This document shows positions 18,130 through 28,060 of a DNA stretch of 32,000 bases, one piece after another. The notes below the pieces were generated by a model. It was not told where the DNA came from. It did not search any database and worked only from the letters and a program-made list of their open reading frames with translations. The stretch covers positions 44,602-76,601 of the forward strand of contig JAJRZD010000019.1 in assembly GCA_024275415.1 (NCBI GenBank), written 5' to 3'. The first letter of the stretch is position 1. Every line of letters starts with the position of its first letter. Source of the DNA: an archaeon (GTDB lineage: Archaea > Asgardarchaeota > Thorarchaeia > Thorarchaeales > Thorarchaeaceae). The position numbers and the translations under genes were made by a program.

Positions 18130-18424
18130 CGTATTGGACCTCTGCTGTTTCAAGGATATCATCTCGGAAATACCTACTCAAGTCATTAGGCGTCCGAAGG
18201 TCTACCTGCTTCCCAAAAAGATCGCTGAGCTCATCTTGGATGTCTATCAGCTTGAAGAATCTAGGGGTTTTTCCCGACTCGAACTCGACAAGGATATCAA
18301 TATCGCTGTCCTGATCGAAATCACTTCTCAATACTGAACCAAAAAGGGACAGCTTACGAATATGATACCTCTTGCAGAGTCTTTCAATCTCATCGGTAGG
18401 AGGCACCCTGATTTGAAGTGTCAT
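18116..18424 (-). CDS. MntA-like minimal nucleotidyltransferase antitoxin
   Basis: LSLFGSVLRSDFDQDSDIDILVEF, ELSDLFGKQVDL; GGAG upstream of ATG at 18424; overlaps the HepT start. Confidence 0.88.
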   Translation of the reverse strand: MTLQIRVPPTDEIERLCKRYHIRKLSLFGSVLRSDFDQDSDIDILVEFESGKTPRFFKLIDIQDELSDLFGKQVDLRTPNDLSRYFRDDILETAEVQYDARG

Positions 18425-18499
18425 GCTCCTTTCATCCTCCGCATTTGGTTTCACACATATTGACAGGTGGTAATTCAGATAAATCCAATCATTTTCAAT

Positions 18500-18930
18500 C
18501 TCCCGATTGCTTTTCCAGCAAATCTACTGCACCTCTCGCACAGTTTGGATAGCAATGTCCAGACAGCTGAGATTTGTTTGCCGTTCTCTTGGCTCCCTTT
18601 TCCCTGACTCGATTAACTGGAACGTTTCAGTGCCCAGATCGTTCCAGCAGATTGGTTGCGACTGCCCTGACCATCCCGCTTTCATCTTTCAAATGCATTA
18701 AGAGTCGGATTCTAATATCCTTATCACCAAGTCTATGAAAAAATACACGAGTTCTTTCTCAGTACTCTTGTAGTCATCACCCATCTCAATGATCCTATCT
18801 ATCAACTTTTTGATAGGATTCGCTGTGTCCTGTTGGTCGAAATGGACAAGCTGCAAATACAATGCAGCAAAAGTTGGTCATTCAACTGCAATGACTGTCA
18901 CGTTCCTACCTTCATTATCAAATCAGTTTC
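18500..18930 (-). pseudogene. Decayed HEAT-repeat-like gene fragment
   Basis: Manual translation gives HRLGDKDIRIRLLMHLKDESGMVRAVATNLLE amid stops and frameshifts. Confidence 0.35.
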
Positions 18931-19119
18931 AAACGAAATAAATACTTTGTAATCTCCCCTACCTTCCGCCAATAGTTCTCTTTACAGCGTGTTGTATGAG
19001 GTAGTAATAATGTCAAAAAATCTAGATGCCTCTAAATGTATTACCAGACGCACATCTTGGTGTATATATTTGTGCATTTTTCAATGAAGTGTCCTTCGAT
19101 TCCCCGTTTCATTGCGACC

Positions 19120-19407
19120 TTATGCTGAGACTTCTACTGATTCGTCACCGGTCGTATAGAATGGTCCTGAATTAAGAATCACCCTCCGCGCAAGAAGGAT
19201 TCCCGTTTCTCCTAGTTCCACCATGTAGACCTCTACAGAATCTCCCACCGAAAGACTATCGTATTCGGTGCGTGAGTCCACCTTGACTTTGACATCTTTG
19301 CCATCACCTTTTCTTATTACGACGTATCCATACACCTTCGCTGTAGATCCAAATGTCCCAAGCTGGGTTGCTACAATTTTTCCTTTGACCAAGATCCATT
19401 CATTCAT
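19120..19407 (-). CDS. Small beta-rich (OB-fold-like) hypothetical protein
   Basis: 95 aa clean ORF with ATG; alternating beta-strand pattern (VKGKIV..VVIRKGDGKDVKVKVD..VGDSVEVY). Confidence 0.65.
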   Translation of the reverse strand: MNEWILVKGKIVATQLGTFGSTAKVYGYVVIRKGDGKDVKVKVDSRTEYDSLSVGDSVEVYMVELGETGILLARRVILNSGPFYTTGDESVEVSA

Positions 19408-19905
19408 ACTTAACTATTGTTTATAACACTTATATGTTACGTCATTGTCCATGTGCATTCATTTAACCGTTTATTGTAAGCTGGACAGATCAGGACACCC
19501 GAGTGTTGCCATCCCAGAAACGGCACTGGGAACGACTCTGTATGGTCAGCAACGTGTGTCGTTCGACCTTGTGTCATAGTACTGTCCGGTTGTATATGAG
19601 CACCGACTACGAAACGTCTATCTTTGTTTAGTTCTCTCACAGCTGTCGCCAACTCCAATCTTTGTTTTTTGATTGCCTACAAGTTGGTCGCAAGGATATT
19701 ATGCAATTGCCGGCATACAAGGAGGTGAATTGAAGCATGCCATTCACTCGCAATGGTTCTTGTATCATTGGAATTGTTGCCACGAGGTTCAACAGCAGGA
19801 GAATTCCCTACAAAAAACATGAATTTATCACCATGCTAGGAATTTATCCGTTCGCCAGTGAGAAAGACATAACTATGATGACTGGAATGGTAATATGCTT
19901 GTGAG

Positions 19906-21516
19906 GTGGTTCGTTTGGTTCGGCAGATTGCAATTGAGTTTCTGTACAGAAAACATGGGGCGACTCTGGCTCCTGAAAGTGAAGCGGTGCAAGCCACGAT
20001 GGCTTTCATCTGGGCGATATCTAGAGAATCCGAAAGGTCAACACTAAAGACGCTCGCGCGGGTGTCCTTCCCGTTCTGGCTTGTCCAAACATCACCTGAG
20101 AACTCTGTGCTGTTGGGAGCGTCAAGTCAGGAGTCGAAGACGTTTTCCTTCACACACGAAGCCCGTCTATCCGAAGTTCGTAGGACTATCAGCAATGAAG
20201 TAAGTGAACCGAAGGATGTGCCCCCGGTCGTCGAAAAGGTGCTTGCTCTGATGGATGAGATGACCACAGAAGAGCGTAGTGTCCAAAACCTCTATGCACC
20301 CGATGCGGTTTCTGAGGTTGGACAGCATGTCACCGAGATGGAACCAAGCCACACGCCCAATCGCCTAGAAGAGGTATTCAACTCACAACAGGCGCTTGCA
20401 GAAAGTGAGGCATTCCAGAAGATCCGGGATGATCTGTTAGCCCGAGTCGGGAGGATGGAGGAGTTAGGCACTCTTGTGGCAGATAATCTACAGGGACAGC
20501 TCAAGGTTCTCGAGAACATCGTTACTCTTGAGAAACGGAGGTGGGACGAGAGGATTCGTGCCATGAAGTCGAGTACCGAGATTGCCACCCATGACTTAGA
20601 GGTGAAGAAGAGTTCGGAGCTCTATTCGCTGAAAGAAGAATATCGACGGAAGCTCCGGGCTAAAACTGCTGAGTTTGCGCGTGCAAGCACCGATATAGAG
20701 AGCTACTTCTCGTATCTTATCGATCATGTACGAGAAACTCGCGCAGCCATTGGACAAAAGAAAGATGATGTCGAGAGTGCAGTTGAAGAATACCAAAAGC
20801 TGGCAAAGTACCTGACCGACGCACTCCCACGATTCGAGGAGATTCTGGAGGCGCTGAATGAGAAGTCTGCCGAGGTACTTGAGGACGCCAAGAACTACCA
20901 GACGGCACTTGCATCAAAGAGTGATGCGACCGCAGCATCCGTTGATAGCGAGATCGACCAGCGGATGAAACGTGTGCAACAGTTGGAGAAAGAGCGTCAG
21001 GAAAGCGAAGCTGAACTGGATGCTCTGCTTGAGAGGGTAAAAACATCAATAGATCGCATTCAGGGTCGCATCAGGAAACGGTTGTTGGAATATCAGGGAG
21101 AAGTGCTTGCCCTCCAAAGGAATACGGTCAAGAATGACACAATCCGCAGCTTGGCTCCTCTCACACATCTTGACATTTTCTTCTTTGTGGCAGAATTCAC
21201 TAATGGCACATATGAGGTATTCCCCCCCGCTCTGGTGCCAGAGGATCGCTTCAATCTTCCCGTACCATTTCAGGCAATGAACAAATCCCTTGATGCTTTC
21301 GTGCGAGAAAACATCGCAAGGTTAAGGCGGTCGGATAGCACATTCGAATCGGGTTTCACGAAAGCTGTGACGAACGGAAATCTGTTTGATGAACCAGAAA
21401 CGCTCAGCGTCATCGAGAGAGGCTTGAGAGACCTACAGATGCGCCAGCTCTTCGAGGAAGGCACATACGAGAGAATTCACAGGTCGCTAAAACAATGCAT
21501 GTCAAGTTCTGATTGA
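19906..21516 (+). CDS. Long coiled-coil hypothetical protein with globular ends
   Basis: 536 aa; E/K/R/L-rich heptads across the middle (~aa 150-400); aromatic beta motifs at both ends (VSFPFWLVQ; LDIFFFVAEF). Confidence 0.8.
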   Translation: MVRLVRQIAIEFLYRKHGATLAPESEAVQATMAFIWAISRESERSTLKTLARVSFPFWLVQTSPENSVLLGASSQESKTFSFTHEARLSEVRRTISNEVSEPKDVPPVVEKVLALMDEMTTEERSVQNLYAPDAVSEVGQHVTEMEPSHTPNRLEEVFNSQQALAESEAFQKIRDDLLARVGRMEELGTLVADNLQGQLKVLENIVTLEKRRWDERIRAMKSSTEIATHDLEVKKSSELYSLKEEYRRKLRAKTAEFARASTDIESYFSYLIDHVRETRAAIGQKKDDVESAVEEYQKLAKYLTDALPRFEEILEALNEKSAEVLEDAKNYQTALASKSDATAASVDSEIDQRMKRVQQLEKERQESEAELDALLERVKTSIDRIQGRIRKRLLEYQGEVLALQRNTVKNDTIRSLAPLTHLDIFFFVAEFTNGTYEVFPPALVPEDRFNLPVPFQAMNKSLDAFVRENIARLRRSDSTFESGFTKAVTNGNLFDEPETLSVIERGLRDLQMRQLFEEGTYERIHRSLKQCMSSSD

Positions 21517-21521
21517 ATCTC

Positions 21522-21752
21522 TCATCTGTCACGCCTATTAGTCTTGAAGAGTGCAAATAGTGATATGAACAGGTTTACACCAACGATTCCCACGAGAAAG
21601 TATGCTGGGGTTTCAAATTCAGGGGCCAGGAGCATTGCCACACTTAGGAATAGGAAACTAACAAGAAGAGCAGTCAGGATTAGCAGCAATGCCCGAATTT
21701 TCCAGCCCATGCAAATACCTCTTCTATTCTTACCTGCGACCTGACTTATCAA
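21522..21752 (-). CDS. Small 2-TM membrane protein
   Basis: Two hydrophobic stretches with a basic C-terminus; start likely at MGWKIR. Confidence 0.55.
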   Translation of the reverse strand: MISQVAGKNRRGICMGWKIRALLLILTALLVSFLFLSVAMLLAPEFETPAYFLVGIVGVNLFISLFALFKTNRRDR

Positions 21753-21879
21753 TTACATGTTTGTTTCACTTTGTAATATACAGATCCTATCGCATCTCAC
21801 AACATCCCCGAAATTATCTGTACCTGCTGATAGGAGTAGAGTTATACGAACAATGCATCTCTCTGAAACCGACCTGAAA

Positions 21880-22575
21880 ATGAGCAAAGGGATACAGCGG
21901 ATATTCTCAGAAGCAGCACGAACCTACGAGATGATAAATCACCTACTGACCTTCGGTCTTGACATTCTTCTGCGAAAGAAAGCCACAGAAGTTGTCCCTA
22001 TAAAACAGGGGGCAGTCTGGCTGGATGTTTGCAGTGGGACAGGCGAGATGGCTGTGGCCCTTCGCAATGTTGCAAACGAAGACACCCGTATTCTTTCTTC
22101 AGATATCACCCTCGACATGCTCAGGGAAGCAAAAGCGAAACCAGAGTTTGACGACATCGCACAAGCATTGGCTAATGCGGGTTCTCTTCCGTTCTCAGAT
22201 GATACTTTCGACCTCGTTACAATTTCATATGCGACCCGCAATCTTAATCCGACCCGGGCTCGGCTTACCTCTTACCTTAGAGAGTTCAGGCGTGTCCTGA
22301 AACCTGGAGGGTTATTCATCAATCTTGAAACGAGTCAACCGTCATCACCTCTTATCAGAACACTCTACCACCGCTATGTTCGAATCGCCGTTCGAAGGCT
22401 GGGACAATTGATCTCGGGGTCGAAGGCAGGGTATGCTTACCTCTCACACACAGTACCTCGATTTTACGGGGCGATGGAATTTGCAAGAGTCATCCAGTTA
22501 GCTGGATTTGATGCTGTCAGATACCAGACCTATTTCTTGGGGATATTCGCAGTTCACATGGCGACAGCAATCTGA
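21880..22575 (+). CDS. ubiE: UbiE/MenG-family quinone methyltransferase
   Basis: RIFSEAARTYEMINHLLTFG, WLDVCSGTGEMA, LPFSDDTFDLVTISYATRN, RRVLKPGG. Confidence 0.85.
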   Translation: MSKGIQRIFSEAARTYEMINHLLTFGLDILLRKKATEVVPIKQGAVWLDVCSGTGEMAVALRNVANEDTRILSSDITLDMLREAKAKPEFDDIAQALANAGSLPFSDDTFDLVTISYATRNLNPTRARLTSYLREFRRVLKPGGLFINLETSQPSSPLIRTLYHRYVRIAVRRLGQLISGSKAGYAYLSHTVPRFYGAMEFARVIQLAGFDAVRYQTYFLGIFAVHMATAI

Positions 22576-22669
22576 TTTCAATGACTCCCCTACTAGGAGA
22601 ACGATTTCTCGAGCGTGATAATGCACCTGAACCTTAAATGCGGTTGTATCGTGTAAGTACCGAGATCCT

Positions 22670-24070
22670 ATGCACTCAACAAAGACCTCATTTCTTGTCG
22701 TACTGGCAATCCTGATTGCGCTACTTCCAATTGGGTTTTCTGTTCCTATGCTTCAGACTTCAGTGGCAGCCCCACCGTTAAGCATCATTCTTATGGTCGG
22801 TGATGGCATGGGATCTAATCAGACTCATCTGGCTAGGCTGGTCGAGTATGGCAATACTGCAAACCTGTCCATGGAGGAACTGCCAGAACATCTCACTGTG
22901 ACGACCTATAGCAATAATAATCTAATTACCGACTCCGCTGCTGCTGCCACTGCACTTGCAACTGGCTCAAAGACCAACAATGGGATGCTAGCAATGGCTC
23001 CTAATGGTACAATCCTTGAAACCATTCTCGAATTCGTTGAGAGCAAGAATATGACCTCGGGGATTGTCGTGACAAGTGAGGTACAACACGCTACTCCAGC
23101 CGCATTTATGACCCATGTGTCGAGCAGAAGCAACTACCCTGAAATCACTCGCCAGATTGTCGAAGAATCGGGTGTAGAGGTGCTTATGGGTGGTGGGCGG
23201 TCGTATTTCACCATCGAACAACTGGATGTGATGAAATCTCGGGGATTCGCACTTGTTGAGAATAGGACCTCCCTGCTCTCTGTCACAGATGGGAAGTTGC
23301 TTGGTCTCTTTGCCGATGGCCATCTTCCCTACGAGATGGACAGAAACCTCTCATCAGTCCCTTCACTCGCTGAGATGACCGATAAGGCATTAGATATCAT
23401 CGACGATACTGACAATGGTTTCTTCCTTATGGTCGAGGGAAGCCGGATTGATCATGCAGGGCACGCAAATGATGCTGTCAGAATGGCACTCGAAGCGATA
23501 GCCTTCGATGATGCCGTCAAACGTGCATCGGACTATGTCAGTGCCAATCCTAATGCGATGCTGATTGTGACTGCCGATCATGAAACTGGGGGTTTCTCTA
23601 TCATCTCCAGCTCACTTTCTGACACGCTACCGGAGAACGCCCCGTCTGAGGAAGAACGTCGCAATCTGAGGATTGCTCGTGCTCAAAACGTGTCAGTTTC
23701 TTGGTCAACAGGTTATCATACTGCCACAAATGTGCCCTGTTATGTCCTGAGACCTGACAAGTTCCGATTCCAAGACGAAACCATCATTGACAATACAGAT
23801 ATCTATGGAATGATGAAGTCCTATCTTGAAACACCTATTCCAACCACCAGTATATCTACTTCATTGACAAACCAGACATCTACATCTTCGACCACGATAA
23901 CAAGCTCACCGACTTCCACAACATCAGCACCACCCACATCTGAACCTCTCAATCCCCCAGCAGCATCTGACGCTCCCCCTATCACTCCAGTGATCATTAC
24001 CGTTACTCTCATTCTAGGAGCATCCACTGTTCTGGTCTTCGTGTTTTTCAGATTTAAACGAAAAAGATGA
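22670..24070 (+). CDS. Alkaline phosphatase, secreted, with a Ser/Thr/Pro linker and C-terminal membrane anchor
   Basis: Signal peptide, GDGMG, TDSAAAATA (catalytic Ser), HATPAAF, VEGSRIDHAGHAND, VTADHETGG; C-terminal TM plus RFKRKR. Confidence 0.92.
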   Translation: MHSTKTSFLVVLAILIALLPIGFSVPMLQTSVAAPPLSIILMVGDGMGSNQTHLARLVEYGNTANLSMEELPEHLTVTTYSNNNLITDSAAAATALATGSKTNNGMLAMAPNGTILETILEFVESKNMTSGIVVTSEVQHATPAAFMTHVSSRSNYPEITRQIVEESGVEVLMGGGRSYFTIEQLDVMKSRGFALVENRTSLLSVTDGKLLGLFADGHLPYEMDRNLSSVPSLAEMTDKALDIIDDTDNGFFLMVEGSRIDHAGHANDAVRMALEAIAFDDAVKRASDYVSANPNAMLIVTADHETGGFSIISSSLSDTLPENAPSEEERRNLRIARAQNVSVSWSTGYHTATNVPCYVLRPDKFRFQDETIIDNTDIYGMMKSYLETPIPTTSISTSLTNQTSTSSTTITSSPTSTTSAPPTSEPLNPPAASDAPPITPVIITVTLILGASTVLVFVFFRFKRKR

Positions 24071-24132
24071 ATATATTCTACTGCCCAGTAACAATGCTTA
24101 ATAAGGTCATTAACAATAGTTTATTGATTATT

Positions 24133-24426
24133 ATGGCCCTTGTAATGTTATACAAAACAAAAGTAAGACCCGAGTCTGTCGAGAGGCTCTCAGAAATCCG
24201 GTCGAAGTTCATGGATCTGTATGCTGAGCACGGCATCACTGTGATAGGGCATTGGGCGAAGATTGACAAGCCACATGTCAGCTATTACATGACACAGTAT
24301 TCTGATGAGGCTGAATACCACACAAAGATCCGAAACTTGCACAATGACTCCCGGTACAAGGCCCTCACAGACCAGCTTAGGGAGATCCGAGTCAAGTCAA
24401 AGGTCAAGCGTCTTGTGACCACCTAG
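24133..24426 (+). CDS. NIPSNAP-like dimeric alpha/beta-barrel protein
   Basis: LYKTKVRPE...LYAEHGITVIGHW...YYMTQYSDEAE pattern. Confidence 0.6.
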   Translation: MALVMLYKTKVRPESVERLSEIRSKFMDLYAEHGITVIGHWAKIDKPHVSYYMTQYSDEAEYHTKIRNLHNDSRYKALTDQLREIRVKSKVKRLVTT

Positions 24427-24501
24427 AACCCCCCAAAGAATAGAATCATTTATTCACAAATGCATCTCATCCGTGTTTCTTTGAGGCATAGGTGATAATG
24501 C

Positions 24502-25308
24502 ATGTGTGATCTACTTGGAATGTCCTTCTCATCAGAAGTACACGCGGGAATATCTCTTGACTTGTTTCAAGAACGAGGCAAGGAGAATCCTGATGGCTGG
24601 GGACTGGCTTTCTATCGTGACCAATCTCTTCAGATAATCAAGGAAGCGATATCCGCTACCAGAAGTCCGTTATTCGATTTCATGGAACGTCATATGCAAT
24701 CTGATACCTTCCTATCCCATGTTCGCCGTTCGACCAGAGGTGTTTCGAGCTATGTCAATACTCATCCCTTCTATCGTGTGGTCATCATCAATGGCGTTCG
24801 TAGGGAGTTTGCGTTCGCGCACAATGGCACGCTTACATCGATGGATATACTTGATCCTACTGATATGAAACCGCTAGGGACTACAGATTCAGAACTCCTA
24901 TTCTGCTATCTGTTGGAACAAATCAATAGACGGGGCATCGCGGAATGGGGTCACGACGCTTTCAAGTTCATAGAAGGTGAATTTAGGCGGTTGAATACGC
25001 CTGAGAACACCATGAACTGCATCTTCTCCGACGGAGAGTATCTCTTCTGTTACTCGGACGAGAACAGACACAACGGCGGATTGAGGTATGTCCCGCGAGA
25101 GCATCCGTTCGACCCGCTGGACTTTATCGAAGATGGGCGAAGGCTGGGCAGTGTTGATATCCGAAGTGCAAACATCAGTGATACCAAACCGACGAGAAAC
25201 ACAGGACATATCATTGTGACGCGAGTGCTGAACGAATCTGATTGGCGGGAATTCAATCCCGGTCAACTGATTGTGTTTAAACGTGGTGTACTGGTTTACT
25301 CGGGATGA
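24502..25308 (+). CDS. Class II glutamine amidotransferase (GATase_4, YafJ/EgtC-like)
   Basis: N-terminal nucleophile MCDLLG, NPDGWGLA, SHVRRST, NTHPF, FAHNG, GTTDSE. Confidence 0.9.
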   Translation: MCDLLGMSFSSEVHAGISLDLFQERGKENPDGWGLAFYRDQSLQIIKEAISATRSPLFDFMERHMQSDTFLSHVRRSTRGVSSYVNTHPFYRVVIINGVRREFAFAHNGTLTSMDILDPTDMKPLGTTDSELLFCYLLEQINRRGIAEWGHDAFKFIEGEFRRLNTPENTMNCIFSDGEYLFCYSDENRHNGGLRYVPREHPFDPLDFIEDGRRLGSVDIRSANISDTKPTRNTGHIIVTRVLNESDWREFNPGQLIVFKRGVLVYSG

Positions 25309-25368
25309 ATTAGTGGATCCGTTTCTTGAACCGAATAATATGTCTTTTCAAACCGCCGAGGTTCTAAA

Positions 25369-26115
25369 TCATCTCTTCTCCTTCAGAATATCCCTGATTT
25401 CTCGTAGTGTTCTAAGGATCTCGTCGTCAAGTGAGTCGGGCATGTTTGGTATTGGCTCATCAATCCCGGGCACTATCTCTGTGGCTGTAGTGTAGGGATG
25501 CCTGAACTTCCTGAGTTCTTGGAGAATGAAGTCACGCACCTCTTCATAGAACACAAGACCTTCGAGCTTTTCCTCTGGTCCTTGTTGTGTCCCTCCGGAG
25601 AAACCTGCGGTTTCGACTTCGACGTTCCCAATACCAAACAGCCTATCAAATGGTCCAGCTCTGCTAGCAATATTGGTTATGGTTCTGAAAGGTACATGTT
25701 TCTTTGTGATGTTTACAAGTCCTTTTTTGACGTAAATCTCAGGCATGGTTTCTCCACTGGCTGATATCACACTATACTCGATATTCCTGTAGTAGAGGGG
25801 ATATATCAGGCAAAAGGGAACGATAACCACGATGATCAGGACTGCTGCGAACACATATGCAAATGGCGACCATGTCGGGACATAGACCCCCCAGAACATA
25901 GCCTGTGTCATCCTCTCCTCAAAGACTAGGACTGCATATGCTATTCCCAGCCATGACAACACACAAGCCAGCCAGAACATAAAACATGCCAGTATCACAC
26001 TCGTGTAGGATTTCCACAACAATTTCTTTGAGGGCTTTATTATTTTCCCGCTGGAAATCTGTTTCAACGGGGGCCGGATAACGGTTCCATCTTGTTTTTT
26101 CTTCATTGTATTCAC
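25369..26115 (-). CDS. Membrane protein with bacterial PH (bPH_2/YdbS-like) domain
   Basis: Two TM helices then VKKGLVNITKKHVPFRTITNI..GPFDRLFGIGNVEVETAG. Confidence 0.8.
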   Translation of the reverse strand: MNTMKKKQDGTVIRPPLKQISSGKIIKPSKKLLWKSYTSVILACFMFWLACVLSWLGIAYAVLVFEERMTQAMFWGVYVPTWSPFAYVFAAVLIIVVIVPFCLIYPLYYRNIEYSVISASGETMPEIYVKKGLVNITKKHVPFRTITNIASRAGPFDRLFGIGNVEVETAGFSGGTQQGPEEKLEGLVFYEEVRDFILQELRKFRHPYTTATEIVPGIDEPIPNMPDSLDDEILRTLREIRDILKEKR

Positions 26116-26165
26116 TCCTTTCTTTCCAGTTTCCTATTGATGTTTCTCACTATCTCATGCAATCT

Positions 26166-26795
26166 CTATTCACTTCCAACCTTTGGACGTTTGTAACGAG
26201 GGGTTTCTTTGGCAGCAAGCTTGTTGAAAATGGCAATCGATTGGCGAGTCATGTACAACTCTTCCTCATCTGGTCTGAGACCGATGTTGTACTCCAGAAG
26301 AATGGTATCAAGGGTGCGTCTGCACTCAATACTCTTCGGACATTGTTCTCCCTTTGGAGCCCCGTTTTCAAACGAGGTTCCATCGCATAGCCTCCCAGAA
26401 TATGAATCGTGCCTATACCAAACAATGGGTCCCAGTTTCATCGTGTACACGATATATACCTGAGTACCCGCCTGATAATCGAAGCCTATCAGAATGCCTT
26501 TGTAATCCTGCACTGATTCAATATCAAGGCGATGACTATCGGCATGACTTCGAAGGATCTTTTCAATCTTCTTTCTTGCTCTGTTCAACACTCTGGACAC
26601 GTAGGCGGCATCCTTTAGCAGGATAGGTTCACGAATTCGATTGCTCTCGGACTCGCTATCAGATTGAGTGAAGAAATTGATTATGTACTGTGGAGCTTTC
26701 TTCCCTCTCCCATATTCAACTGCAATCTCGGACGTCGTCTTTGCATGGTGGAATTCCCACCAAACTACTGCTTCATGAGTCGAGAGCAATACCAT
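26166..26795 (-). CDS. Hypothetical protein, possible HTH DNA-binding protein with a Cys cluster
   Basis: KTTSEIAVEY and YVSRVLNRARKKI helices; three Cys (RLC..EQCPKSIEC); ATG at 26795 preferred. Confidence 0.6.
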   Translation of the reverse strand: MVLLSTHEAVVWWEFHHAKTTSEIAVEYGRGKKAPQYIINFFTQSDSESESNRIREPILLKDAAYVSRVLNRARKKIEKILRSHADSHRLDIESVQDYKGILIGFDYQAGTQVYIVYTMKLGPIVWYRHDSYSGRLCDGTSFENGAPKGEQCPKSIECRRTLDTILLEYNIGLRPDEEELYMTRQSIAIFNKLAAKETPRYKRPKVGSE

Positions 26796-26929
26796 GTCCA
26801 AATTCCTCGTAATCTTTGACAAAAATATGTAAACATTCATATTTAAGGTTTTCTCATTATTTGGTAAAAATTTACTCTTGTTTTGACACCAGCGACAAGT
26901 TCTTGAACTCAACTGACATCTCTCTCATT

Positions 26930-27391
26930 ATGTCGAACGAAGATCCCTTGAACAACTGGATGTTCCTGCTCGGAAAATGGAAAGGCGGTTCTACTGACCT
27001 ATCTGGTAGCGAAGGTGAAACCGTAAGCACAGCTACCTTCTCTAAAGAGTTGGGGGCATTCATCATGGGGAAGATAGACACTTTTAGAAAAAGCAAGCTT
27101 GAGAGCGCAAACATGTCGATGATGTTCTTTGACCATCGAGAGAAACGATTCAAGAGAAAGACATTCTTCTCCGATGGGGTCGTTCATGACGAGGTAGAGG
27201 TTGAAATCAGCGAAACCGAGATTGTCTTCGAGGTTTCTCTAGAATCCCCACCACCTGCTTTCGATGGCATGAGATGGCGTTCTTACGTACGGAAAATATC
27301 CGACACTGAGGTCTGCTTTGGGTTGCTCACCGCAAAAAATGACGCAGACTTTGAGCCCTACGGAGAATCTATTCTGGTCAAGTCAGAGTAG
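26930..27391 (+). CDS. Lipocalin/DUF1579-like beta-barrel protein
   Basis: PLNNWMFLLGKWKG N-terminal GxW motif followed by serial beta-strands. Confidence 0.6.
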   Translation: MSNEDPLNNWMFLLGKWKGGSTDLSGSEGETVSTATFSKELGAFIMGKIDTFRKSKLESANMSMMFFDHREKRFKRKTFFSDGVVHDEVEVEISETEIVFEVSLESPPPAFDGMRWRSYVRKISDTEVCFGLLTAKNDADFEPYGESILVKSE

Positions 27392-28010
27392 GCCCGATTA
27401 CGTTCCTGTCAAAGACTCCTACCAATTATCGTAACGTATTCATTTTACAGTGGTGCAATCAATGCAGTTTCCACTGATGGCGACCTGATCTATTCTGTAG
27501 ATTCCTCAGGAGCATTGATAACATGGAGCAAGGACACACTACAACACTTTCAAATGCCCGAGGTTGGTGACGGGAGTCTTCTATGTTTGATGCTGAGTAT
27601 CTGTACATCAGAGGCACCAGCGCAGTACATCATGTTTCTGTATTGCGAAAAGGTGACCCATCACCCGTGATTACTATACACAGGATGAATAAGGCTCTGT
27701 TCTTTCAATGTGTGATACTGGGTCTGAGATTGTCACTGCGAGGTCAAATGGCTTTTTGGTTTTTCCAGCAAGGATGATTTGACCAAGACGGTTTCGCTTG
27801 ATTCGAAGTATATGATTGCAACAGTACTTTCTATTGACATCCGCTATCTCTACTCAGGCGGTATCGATGACTTTGTGACCGTTTTCGAGATGGATAACTT
27901 TTCTCCTTATCGCCCAGCTTAAAGGGCCGATATTGAAAATACATCCGGGCATATTCGATGTATAACCGCCGTGCCAGAACCAACAGGAAATAGCTTGCTT
28001 CACGAAGCGT
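27392..28010 (+). pseudogene. Frameshifted WD40/beta-propeller relic
   Basis: Fragments in different frames: SGAINAVSTDGDLIYSVDSSGALITW / FDAEYLYIRG / RYLYSGGIDDFVTVF; stops and no clear start. Confidence 0.5.
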
Positions 28011-28060
28011 TTGGTGTTCCCCACCTCCCGCTCAGAGTCAGTATCGCAGTCATACTAAGT

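Noticed and set aside
17870-18337. 155-aa plus-strand ORF
   Set aside because: Antisense to the MntA/HepT pair, which has clear motifs.
19437-19658. 73-aa minus-strand ORF (MELATAV...)
   Set aside because: TTG start and no recognisable family in any frame.
23821-23990. Low-complexity ACC/ACA/TCA-rich stretch
   Set aside because: Explained by the Ser/Thr/Pro linker of the alkaline phosphatase.
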